A stretch of 64,000 nucleotides of DNA from Bacteroidota bacterium (GTDB lineage: Bacteria > Bacteroidota > Bacteroidia > Palsa-965): the NCBI GenBank assembly GCA_006218065.1, contig VBWE01000005.1:50336-114335 (forward strand), given 5' to 3'. A program made the position numbers and the translations under genes. This document shows, one piece after another, positions 36,464 to 44,641 of this stretch; position 1 is the stretch's first letter; each line of letters begins with the position of its first letter. The notes under the pieces were generated by a model. It made no database searches. It worked only from the letters and a program-made list of their open reading frames with translations, and had not been told where the DNA came from.

Positions 36464-39400
36464 TCAACCGCCTTTGCCGGTCGGTGCAGTGCTTCCTTTG
36501 CCGGTCGGGCCGGTTGCCCCGGTCGAGCCGGTAGAACCTTTGCTGCCGGTTGTCCCGGTAGCACCGGTTGCGCCGCCTTTGCCGTTAGGAGGCGTTGTAG
36601 TGGTGGTTGTTTTTCCGCCGCCGCTTCCGCCTTTGCCGTTGTTCGGTGTAGTCGTCGTCGGTGCGTTGTATGTAATGGTCAGTGTTTTGGTCGTTGCACC
36701 CACCGTATTTTTACCCCTGATTTCGATCGTATTCGCACCGCTCTTCAGTGTTACGGTCATCGTCAGCGTACCGTCGTTCACGTTGTAGTTGAAAAGCGTA
36801 ACACGGGATCCGTTCACTTTCACGCCTACATCTGCCGAACTTACTACACCGGTCACTTTTGCAGTGAACTGCATGGACGATGTGGTGGTGCTCGAAGTCA
36901 GTGTCGACGGCGTGATCAGTGTGATCACCGGGTCCACGCTCTGGTTTCCGTTACCGGATGAAGATCCGCTACCGGCGCCCGATCCGCCCTGCTGCTGCAC
37001 CACTTTCACGGTAATGCTCTCGCTGTCGGTTCCGAAATTATTCGTTCCGGTTACCGTGTACTGCACAGCGCCCGACTGGTGTGTCGCGTTGAACGTAACT
37101 TCATGCGTGGAAGCATTGAAGTTAAACGGCACCTGCTGGTTCGGGAAAGCGATAACCTGTACCTGGTTCGCAGCAGTTACATTGGTTACGGTAGCCGTTA
37201 TGCCGGTAGTCGTGTTGCTGGTGATGTACGGGTTGCCGGTCGGTCTGGTGATCGTAACTACCGGCGGAGCTCCCTGTGGCACAACCAGTACGACATTCTG
37301 CGTCTTGCTGTCCGTTCCGTTTGCATTTGAAGCCGTAACAACAAATGCCGTTGTACCGTTGCCGAGTGTGTGAACGAAGTTCAGCACCTTGGTCGTCATG
37401 TTGTACGTGAAGTTCGTAACCGGCTGGCCGTTTGCCTTTACCGTAATCTCGTTCTGCGAATTCACGTTATATACATTCGCGGTAAACGGAAGTACGGTAG
37501 TTGATGTTGAATACGGGTTGCCGGTCGGACTGCTGATCACCACCTGCGGCGGTGTGGCTTTCGGCAGTTTGTACAACACGTTCTGCGTTTTGCTGTCGGT
37601 ACCGTTTGCATTGGTTGCAGTTACCTGGAACGCGGTGTTCCCGGGATTGAGCGTGTAACCGAAGTTTAGCACCTTCGTCGTCATATTATACGTGAAGTTC
37701 GTAACCGGCATGTTGTTCGCCGTAACGGTAATCTCGTTCTGCGAGTTTACGTTAAACACATTGGCGGTTATGACAATCGGTGCAACGCCGGTGGTGTGCG
37801 GATTTCCGCTTGGGCTGGTAATCACTACCTGCGGCGGTGTAGCTACCGGTATTTTGTACTGTACGTTCTGAATCTTCGTATCGCTTCCGTTTGCATTGGT
37901 TGCAGTTACCTGGAACGCCGTGTTCCCGGGACTGAGCGTATAGCTGAAGTTCAGCACCTTCGTCGTCATATTATACGTAAAGTTCGTAACCGGCATATTG
38001 TTCGCGGTAACGGTGATCTCGTTCTGGGAATTCACGTTAAACACGTTTGCAGTTACGGCAATCGGGGCAACGGCAGTGGTGTACGGATTTCCGCCCGGGC
38101 TGGTGATTACCACCTGCGGAGGATTCTGCGGAATAACCACGTAATTGATCGTGCAGGTCCTGATATCTTTTCCGTAATTGTTGCTGGCTGCAATACTCAG
38201 CGCATTCGCACCGGGATTAAGCGTTACCGGCAGTGTCAGCTGTTTCGTCGTGGCATTCCAGGTGAAATTGGTTGTCGCTACGTTATTCCAGCCTACCGTG
38301 ATCTGCGACGATGAGGTCACATTCTGAACCGTCGCCGTAATCGTCATAGCCTGCTGGCTGCTCTGCGCGGGACATGCAGCCGGGTTCGTGATCGTTACGA
38401 TCGGGGGAGCGCCGGTGGGCTGCACGGTGATGTAGTTAATGGTAACCGCATCCGTCGCGATACCGGCGTTGTTTGTACCGATCACTTCGATGACCGTAGT
38501 TCCGGAAGGAAGGATCACGGGAAAACTTACCACGTGCGTGGTTCCGTTATATGCAAAGTTGGTTACCGGTGCGCCGTTATTGCGTACCATGATATTACCG
38601 GCTCCGGCCACGTTCAGCACCGTGGCGTTGATGTTCACGCTGTTGGTAGGCGACGTGTACGGATTGGTTCCCGGGTTGGTAATGGTGACCTGCGGCGGCA
38701 ACTGTACGTTCTGCTGGCCGAGAATAATCGTTTGTGAAGCGGCGTCGGAACCAACGGGGTTGGTTGCGGTAATATTGAACACGTTATTGCCGGGCATGAG
38801 CGTATAATTCACCGTCATCACTTTGCTCGACGGGTTCCAGCTGAAATTACTGTTCGGGTAACCGTTCACCGAAAGCTGGATCTGGTTCTGCGAAGTAATG
38901 TTCAGCACCTGCGCCGTCAGTTGTATGGGCGGAGCAGTCGCAGTGAAAGGATTCTGTCCCGGGTAAGTAACGCGCACGATGGGAGGCTGCATGCCGCCGT
39001 TCTGCGGGTTGTTGTTATTGTTGTTGTTCGGGTTGGTATTGACAACCGTCGTATTGTTGTTGTTATTCGGGTTGTTGTTATTGTTCGTGTTGTTCGTATA
39101 GTTGTTCGGATCCGTCGTATGATTATTCGGCGGAGGCAGAACACGTTCTTTTTCTTCGCGGAAGCGCCAGATCAGTTTTACACCGGTGTAGTGATACCAG
39201 TCGTTACGTGCAGTAGCGGTATTGTCGCTGTTGAAGCGCTGACCGTCGATAAGATCGTTGAGTGAAAACGTCACTTTATGCTCGAGTGCAACACCCCATC
39301 GGTTATTGAATGTTTTGCCGATGCCGATACCCACCGAAGGCATGAATTTGAATTCCGGCTTTGCACTTCCTTCGGCAACGGTTTCATACGTATCATCCCA

Positions 39401-39982
39401 CAGGTTGCCCAGCTGATCTTTTACAATTCCTTTACTTCCGGAACTGTCGATGAGCGAATAATTATACATGTTGCCCAGGGCATCGCGCTGGTTGATGCGG
39501 GTTTCGGTTTTGGAAATACCGAGACCGCCCCAGCCGTAAAGCAGGATGCCGTGCTTGCGGAGCGCATTGCTTCCAATCTGAAGTTCGAAAGCAAGTTCAT
39601 CGAGCTTCATTTTATAGTTAGAGAAAATATACCCGGTTCCGCCCTGGTAATAGTTCAAGGTGGAATCGCTGGTTCCGTTCAATACGTCGTTGTCCTTGAT
39701 GCCGCGGAAACGGGAATAATCTTCCCCGTAGTTCACACCGTGCAGGTAGCGGAAACGGGCTCCCCACCAGAGTGCGCGGTTTTCGCGGTAGCGTGACATG
39801 TTTCCTACCGTGATACCCCAGCCAAGACCGGGTTTCATTTTCATATCACTGGTCTGCCAGGTAGCGCCGGCATTTACACCCCACCACCAGGGATTCGTCA
39901 TTCGTTTGGCTTGTGCCGATGCAGGAATTTCCAGTAGCAGGAAAGTGATCAGCGCGAGGAGAATAGTAAGATTACGTTTCAT
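36464..39982 (-). CDS. Large secreted surface protein: N-terminal OMP-like beta-barrel, Asn-rich linker, eight ~95-aa Ig-like repeats and a Gly-X-Y collagen-like tail
   Basis: 1172 aa with signal peptide LLLEIPASAQA. The barrel-like first ~270 aa include WWWGVNAGATW, GWGGLGISK and VGIGIGKTF, and end in YHYTGVKLIWRF. Next come NNYTNNTNNNNNPNNNNN and repeats that start PP(Q/I/V)V(V)IT.P.GNPY. The tail is GATGATGTTGSKGSTGSTGATGPTGKG. Confidence 0.85.
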   Translation of the reverse strand: MKRNLTILLALITFLLLEIPASAQAKRMTNPWWWGVNAGATWQTSDMKMKPGLGWGITVGNMSRYRENRALWWGARFRYLHGVNYGEDYSRFRGIKDNDVLNGTSDSTLNYYQGGTGYIFSNYKMKLDELAFELQIGSNALRKHGILLYGWGGLGISKTETRINQRDALGNMYNYSLIDSSGSKGIVKDQLGNLWDDTYETVAEGSAKPEFKFMPSVGIGIGKTFNNRWGVALEHKVTFSLNDLIDGQRFNSDNTATARNDWYHYTGVKLIWRFREEKERVLPPPNNHTTDPNNYTNNTNNNNNPNNNNNTTVVNTNPNNNNNNNPQNGGMQPPIVRVTYPGQNPFTATAPPIQLTAQVLNITSQNQIQLSVNGYPNSNFSWNPSSKVMTVNYTLMPGNNVFNITATNPVGSDAASQTIILGQQNVQLPPQVTITNPGTNPYTSPTNSVNINATVLNVAGAGNIMVRNNGAPVTNFAYNGTTHVVSFPVILPSGTTVIEVIGTNNAGIATDAVTINYITVQPTGAPPIVTITNPAACPAQSSQQAMTITATVQNVTSSSQITVGWNNVATTNFTWNATTKQLTLPVTLNPGANALSIAASNNYGKDIRTCTINYVVIPQNPPQVVITSPGGNPYTTAVAPIAVTANVFNVNSQNEITVTANNMPVTNFTYNMTTKVLNFSYTLSPGNTAFQVTATNANGSDTKIQNVQYKIPVATPPQVVITSPSGNPHTTGVAPIVITANVFNVNSQNEITVTANNMPVTNFTYNMTTKVLNFGYTLNPGNTAFQVTATNANGTDSKTQNVLYKLPKATPPQVVISSPTGNPYSTSTTVLPFTANVYNVNSQNEITVKANGQPVTNFTYNMTTKVLNFVHTLGNGTTAFVVTASNANGTDSKTQNVVLVVPQGAPPVVTITRPTGNPYITSNTTTGITATVTNVTAANQVQVIAFPNQQVPFNFNASTHEVTFNATHQSGAVQYTVTGTNNFGTDSESITVKVVQQQGGSGAGSGSSSGNGNQSVDPVITLITPSTLTSSTTTSSMQFTAKVTGVVSSADVGVKVNGSRVTLFNYNVNDGTLTMTVTLKSGANTIEIRGKNTVGATTKTLTITYNAPTTTTPNNGKGGSGGGKTTTTTTPPNGKGGATGATGTTGSKGSTGSTGATGPTGKGSTAPTGKGG
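36665..38990 (-). repeat. Array of eight in-frame ~285-nt (95-aa) coding repeats
   Basis: Repeat starts fall at about 38987, 38697, 38407, 38122, 37837, 37552, 37267 and 36936. The spacing is exactly 285 nt between the middle units. Confidence 0.8.
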
Positions 39983-40215
39983 ATTGATTTGTGTTTTACT
40001 GGGACGAAACCAGTTTTGCAGGAATCATGCCTGAAATAGGGCTTGCGAAAATCGGGTATTTTAAAAGACTGGCTTACAGGCGATTAAAATGTTAATTTTC
40101 TATAATAAACACAAATCTACAAAACAGTTCGTAACCCGGAACACGTTCTTTATCGTAACAAACAAAACGTTCATCCCGGCATCGATTTTGTACCTTCGCA
40201 GCATCCGCACGATTA

Positions 40216-40800
40216 GTGGCAGAACAGGCATCACATATCCGCAACCTGAGCGATACCGAACTGGTGGCTCTTTATAAAAACACAGGTGAAAGCATCTGCG
40301 TCGGGGAACTCTTTTCCCGTTACAGGCACCTGGTGTACGGCGTTTGCATGAAATACCTGGGCGACGAGGACGAAAGCCAGGATGTGCAGATGCAGGTTTT
40401 CGAAAAGCTTCCCGCCGACCTGGTCCGGCACGAGATCAGTCAGTTCAAGGGCTGGCTGTACGCTGTGGCACGCAATGAATGCCTGATGTATCTCCGCCGG
40501 AACAAGTCGATGCTCGAGAAACAGAAAGAATTGCAAAAAGATGCCCAGGCGCTTATGGAAAACGAGGTTTCCGAGCATCCGGGAGGTATAACAGCCAAAG
40601 AACATCAATTGCAGAAGATGGAGGAAGGCATCAAACAGCTGAATGAAAACCAGCGGATCTGTGTCGACCTCTTCTACCTGCAGGAAAAATGTTACAAGGA
40701 AATTGCGGATATCACGGGATACAGCCTCAACGAAGTAAAAAGTCATATCCAGAACGGTAAACGCAACCTGAAGATTTATATGAGTAAGCCAAATGAATAA
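40216..40800 (+). CDS. ECF-type RNA polymerase sigma factor
   Basis: 194 aa with a GTG start. Region 2 is ESQDVQMQVFEKL...WLYAVARNECL and region 4 is YKEIADITGYSLNEVKSHIQNGKRNL. It is divergent from the large surface-protein gene. Confidence 0.85.
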   Translation: MAEQASHIRNLSDTELVALYKNTGESICVGELFSRYRHLVYGVCMKYLGDEDESQDVQMQVFEKLPADLVRHEISQFKGWLYAVARNECLMYLRRNKSMLEKQKELQKDAQALMENEVSEHPGGITAKEHQLQKMEEGIKQLNENQRICVDLFYLQEKCYKEIADITGYSLNEVKSHIQNGKRNLKIYMSKPNE

Positions 40801-42274
40801 CGAGTCGCTGAAATATCATCCCCTGCCCGAAGAGCCATGCCTCACCGAGGAACAGCTTTACGGGTACATCGACGGCAAACTTTCGCCCGCCGATCAGCAC
40901 GCTGTTGAAAAACACCTGCTCGACTGCGGCATGTGCAGCGATGCGCTCGACGGCCTCGGACTGGTGAAAAACCGGGACAAAGCCGCATTCATTCCTCCCC
41001 TGGTTCACCTGGTGAATACCGGGGATAAAAAAGAAGACACGAACGGCAGCGAAAAAGGCAAAGTGGTTCCGCTTTTCACCCGCCGTCATTATGCAGCAGC
41101 TGCAGCCGTGATTATGATTGCCGCAGTTGCCTGGTTCCTGCGCGGTAATCTTTCCGATACAAACAAAGAAACGGCGGACAATGCCAAATCGGTAACCGTT
41201 GCCGCTGCCGACTCGATGGTCCGCGCGGATTCTGTGGAAACCATTGCCGAAGCCGGCAGCAGCACGACCGTAAATGAAAAAGATAACGACGGAAAATTCG
41301 CCCCGCCGCCCCCGCCCGCACAGGAAGAAATTGCCGCAAATGGCGGCGTAATGGAGGATGAAGCCGACAAATCGGTAAACATCTCCGCCGAAGGTTCGAA
41401 AAATGCGGATTTCGTACTCGCTGACCGGAAAGCCGACGCACCGCCTGTCGACCAGGATGCTCCTTCCTTGAAAAAAGAAGAAGCAAAAGCTGATCCCAAC
41501 CTGCCGGGCTATTATAAAGCGCCTGCAGATGAAAAACAAAACAAAGAAACGGAAAGCAAATTGTTCGAAAGGAGTCGCGACAAAAATCTGTTCAGTGCGA
41601 ACCAGAAAAAAAGCAAAACCAACGCGTTCGAAGTTTCCGGGAAAGACAAAAGCAAAAACCGTTCTGCATACGGCGGCACATCGTCCAGCCCGAAATCTGC
41701 AGAAGCCGGCGACGCTGAAACATTCAGCAGCTACCGCAGCGGCAAGGATTCAATGGTCACGAAATCCGGTTTTATCACGCAGGACAATTCAACCAACAAA
41801 CTGGTTGTAACCGATTCCGTTTCATCCACAGTCGCAAACGGGCAGGGCGTTACGCTGAATACTGCCGTGGGCGGCAGCGGTACGTATACCTGGACCAATA
41901 CGGTTCCGGTCAATTCGACAACAACAGGAACGGTTACCAATGCCAGCGAATACAGCGTTACAGTTACCGACGTGAACGGTGCCACAACGGATACGCGAAA
42001 TACCCCTGTAAAAGATCCGGTTCCTACCGAAGCGCAGCAATACGAGCAGGGCATGAAATTCGTGCAGAGCAATATGCAGCAGGCCGCCATCGTCTCTTTC
42101 GACGAAGTGCTGAAAAACCCGAAGAACGCGCATTTCGAAGATGCGCAGTGGCAAAAATCCATCGCGCTGCTCAAACTGAATAAAAAAGCGGAAGCCAAAG
42201 TTCTGCTCAATGCCATCGTGAAAAAAGGCGGCAAATACAAAGCCCTCGCCGAATCGCAGCTTAAGCAGTTGTAA
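40793..42274 (+). CDS. Anti-sigma factor (zf-HC2) with TM helix, low-complexity periplasmic region and TPR-like C-terminus
   Basis: 493 aa, overlapping the sigma gene by 8 nt. It has the HC2 zinc finger VEKHLLDCGMCSDALDG and a TM segment AAAAVIMIAAVAWFL. Confidence 0.75.
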   Translation: MNNESLKYHPLPEEPCLTEEQLYGYIDGKLSPADQHAVEKHLLDCGMCSDALDGLGLVKNRDKAAFIPPLVHLVNTGDKKEDTNGSEKGKVVPLFTRRHYAAAAAVIMIAAVAWFLRGNLSDTNKETADNAKSVTVAAADSMVRADSVETIAEAGSSTTVNEKDNDGKFAPPPPPAQEEIAANGGVMEDEADKSVNISAEGSKNADFVLADRKADAPPVDQDAPSLKKEEAKADPNLPGYYKAPADEKQNKETESKLFERSRDKNLFSANQKKSKTNAFEVSGKDKSKNRSAYGGTSSSPKSAEAGDAETFSSYRSGKDSMVTKSGFITQDNSTNKLVVTDSVSSTVANGQGVTLNTAVGGSGTYTWTNTVPVNSTTTGTVTNASEYSVTVTDVNGATTDTRNTPVKDPVPTEAQQYEQGMKFVQSNMQQAAIVSFDEVLKNPKNAHFEDAQWQKSIALLKLNKKAEAKVLLNAIVKKGGKYKALAESQLKQL

Positions 42275-42313
42275 GCCAAACACTATATTCCTTCCAGGGA
42301 ACCTCTGAAAACT

Positions 42314-42350
42314 AAAAGACCTGTCTTCTTATTGAAGACAGGTCTTTTTT
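42314..42350. terminator. Terminator hairpin between convergent genes
   Basis: 15-bp stem aaaagacctgtcttc/gaagacaggtctttt followed by a T-run. Confidence 0.85.
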
Positions 42351-42405
42351 ACCCTTTTACTTTTCCGAAGTGTATCGGTCAGGTGTTTGGTCAGGGAAAT
42401 GCTGA

Positions 42406-43209
42406 TTATTTAGATGCTTTTTCCATAGCAGGAACGCTTGCTTTACCGGTCAGGAAATCAGGATCCACGAGGATACGTCCGCAATGTTCGCAAACGATCA
42501 CTTTTTTGTGCAGGCGGATATCGAGCTGGCGCTGGGGCGGAATTTTGTTGAAACATCCTCCGCAGGCGTCGCGCTGAACCGGGACCACACCAAGGCCGTT
42601 GCGCACGTTGCTCCGGATACGCTTATAAGCGATCACCAGGCGTTCTTCGATTTTGCCTTCGGCTTTTTTGGAACGTTCGATCAGTTCTTCTTCTTCTTTT
42701 TTCGTTTCGGAAACGATGTCTTCCAGCTCTTCTTTTTTAAGCTTGAGCGCAGTTTTGCGGTCGTCGAGCTGCTCCTGTGAATTGGTGATGATTTCGCGTT
42801 TGGCTGCAATCTGCGCCTTGAATTCCTTGGTGCGTTTTTCAGCAAGCTGGATTTCCAGGTTCTGGAATTCGATTTCCTTGGTCAGTGAATCGTATTCGCG
42901 GTTGTTCCGCACTTTGCCCTGCTGGGCTTCGTATTTCTTGATGGCAGCCGCAGATTCTTTCACGGCATTCTTGCGTTCGATAATCTGGTTTTCCAGCGAT
43001 TTGATCTCCGCTTCCATATTGTCGGCACGGGTCTGCAGACCGGCTACTTCATCCTCCAGGTCGCGTACTTCCAGTGGAAGCTCACCGCGAACGGTACGGA
43101 TACGGTCGATCTGCGAGTCGATCACTTGAAGTTCAAATAATGCACGGAGCTTTTCTTCTACCGTAACATCTGACTTTTCGTCGGCTTTGCTTTTTACTTT
43201 GGTGCTCAT
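42406..43209 (-). CDS. Coiled-coil protein with a C4 zinc-ribbon (DUF164-like)
   Basis: 267 aa with a long heptad-rich region and a C-terminal CGGCFNKIPPQ...CEHCGRIL. Confidence 0.8.
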   Translation of the reverse strand: MSTKVKSKADEKSDVTVEEKLRALFELQVIDSQIDRIRTVRGELPLEVRDLEDEVAGLQTRADNMEAEIKSLENQIIERKNAVKESAAAIKKYEAQQGKVRNNREYDSLTKEIEFQNLEIQLAEKRTKEFKAQIAAKREIITNSQEQLDDRKTALKLKKEELEDIVSETKKEEEELIERSKKAEGKIEERLVIAYKRIRSNVRNGLGVVPVQRDACGGCFNKIPPQRQLDIRLHKKVIVCEHCGRILVDPDFLTGKASVPAMEKASK

Positions 43210-43210
43210 A

Positions 43211-44314
43211 TCAGGTATAATAGTTGATCGGATTCGTGTTTATTCCGCTTAAGCGGACGGCAAAGGTAGGAAATTTTTTATTTATGAGGCTTCCCAGCAG
43301 GTCTTTCGTGAATTGTTCGCTTTCATAATGCCCGATATCCGCAATAACCAGCCTGTTTTCCCCGTCGAAGAACTGGTGGTACTTGAAATCGGCGGTAACC
43401 AGCACATCCGCCCCCGCCCCCATCGCCGCGCCCAGCAGGAAGCTGCCCGAGCCCCCGCAAACCGCCACTTTTTTCACGGTTTTACCCTCCACCGGCGTGT
43501 ACCGGATACAAGCCGTTTGCATGTCTTTTTTAAGCTTTTCGAGAAAAACCGGCAGGGAAACGGCCTCGGGTAGTTCGCCCACCATGCCCGACCCCGCCTG
43601 CGCCCAGGAATTGGCCAGCGGAACCAGGTCGTAAGCTACTTCCTCGTACGGGTGGGCTTTCAAAAGTGCCGAAACCAGCCGGCCCTCGATATGCGCCGGG
43701 TAAACCAGCTCAATACGGGTTTCCGGCTCTTTATGGAGTTCCCCTTTTTTCCCTACATACGGATCCGTGTTTTCGCCGGCGCGGAAAGTTCCCGTTCCCG
43801 CAGTATTGAAACTGCAACTGTCGTAATTCCCTATCTGCCCGGCCCCGGCGGCAAACAGGGCTTCGCGCACCTCATCCGCTTTATTATCCGGGCAAAAGGT
43901 AATGAGCTTGCGCAGCAAACCGTTTTTCGGTGCGAGGATCTGCATATTCACAAGGCCCAGTTTCTCCGCAATTTTCGCGTTTACCCCGCCCGGCACGTTA
44001 TCCAGGCTGGTATGAATCGCGTAAATGGCGATGTCGTTTTTGATCGCTTTTATAATGACGCGCTCCACGTAATTCTTCCCGTTGATTTTTTTCAGCCCGC
44101 TGAATACGATCGGGTGATGCGCGATAATGAAGTTGCATTTGTTGGCGATGGCTTCATCCACCACCGCTTCCGTGCAATCGAGCGTTACCAGCGCGCCGTT
44201 TACTTCCATATCGCGATGCCCGGTGATCAGGCCGCAATTGTCATACGATTCCTGCAAAGCAGGCGGAGCAATGGATTCGAGATAATCCGTGATTTCGGAA
44301 ATTTTCATAGACAA
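43211..44314 (-). CDS. Nif3-like dinuclear metal centre protein (GTP cyclohydrolase I type 2 homologue)
   Basis: 367 aa with NFIIAHHPIVFSGLKKI, AIYAIHTSLD and GGSGSFLL...ADVLVTADFKYHQF. An inserted PII-like middle domain is typical of long Nif3 proteins. Confidence 0.88.
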   Translation of the reverse strand: MSMKISEITDYLESIAPPALQESYDNCGLITGHRDMEVNGALVTLDCTEAVVDEAIANKCNFIIAHHPIVFSGLKKINGKNYVERVIIKAIKNDIAIYAIHTSLDNVPGGVNAKIAEKLGLVNMQILAPKNGLLRKLITFCPDNKADEVREALFAAGAGQIGNYDSCSFNTAGTGTFRAGENTDPYVGKKGELHKEPETRIELVYPAHIEGRLVSALLKAHPYEEVAYDLVPLANSWAQAGSGMVGELPEAVSLPVFLEKLKKDMQTACIRYTPVEGKTVKKVAVCGGSGSFLLGAAMGAGADVLVTADFKYHQFFDGENRLVIADIGHYESEQFTKDLLGSLINKKFPTFAVRLSGINTNPINYYT

Positions 44315-44328
44315 ATGTAGCGAGACGG

Positions 44329-44564
44329 TTTAAAATTCCTCTGCGTACCTGTTACAAAACCAGGAACGACTACATCGGAATAGTTTTTACGAAGCGGCAG
44401 TCGGCAGCAAATAGCCTGCGTAAATCAGACGCAGCTAGTCGAAGTCTGAGACTTCGACTAACGAAGAACTCGTTTCCAAAGACTGTTTGCTGCCGACTGC
44501 CGCCGGATCTATTCCGAGATACAAAAAGACTTTTCTGTAAAACGCTCTCCGAAGGAATTTTAAA
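44329..44564 (+). mobile_element. MITE-like nested palindromic element, copy A (non-autonomous, no ORF)
   Basis: The ends are TTTAAAATTCCTC...GGAATTTTAAA. Subterminal GGCAGTCGGCAGC / GCTGCCGACTGCC motifs are present. The first ~80 nt are near-identical to copy B. Confidence 0.6.
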
Positions 44565-44641
44565 CCGACTCATTACCTAAATATGGGTATTCATTTTACC
44601 GCAAATACGGTATTGCCGTCAACGTTTTTTCCCTGTCGACT

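Noticed and set aside
36474-37373. Val/Pro-rich plus-strand ORFs opposite the large surface-protein gene
   Set aside because: They are mirror images of the Thr/Gly/Asn-rich repeat codons on the coding strand. Their periodicity simply reflects the sense-strand repeats.
36665-38990. Possible CRISPR array or DGR variable/template repeat pair, given the regular spacing of repeats
   Set aside because: The period is 285 nt, in frame and fully coding inside one long ORF. There are no short direct repeats with unique spacers, no cas genes and no reverse transcriptase in the window.
40131-40159. Possible ECF-type autoregulatory promoter GTAAC-N18-CGTAAC upstream of the sigma gene at 40216
   Set aside because: The spacing and motif do not match any ECF consensus I can cite with confidence. 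It cannot be distinguished from chance without a second copy upstream of the putative target gene, and I did not find one.
44370-44573. Small ORFs inside the MITE-like elements (44370..44573, 50943..51170, 50750..51109, 57345..57614)
   Set aside because: They span palindromic repeat sequence and are not conserved between element copies. They have no start context, so they are artefacts of the repeats.
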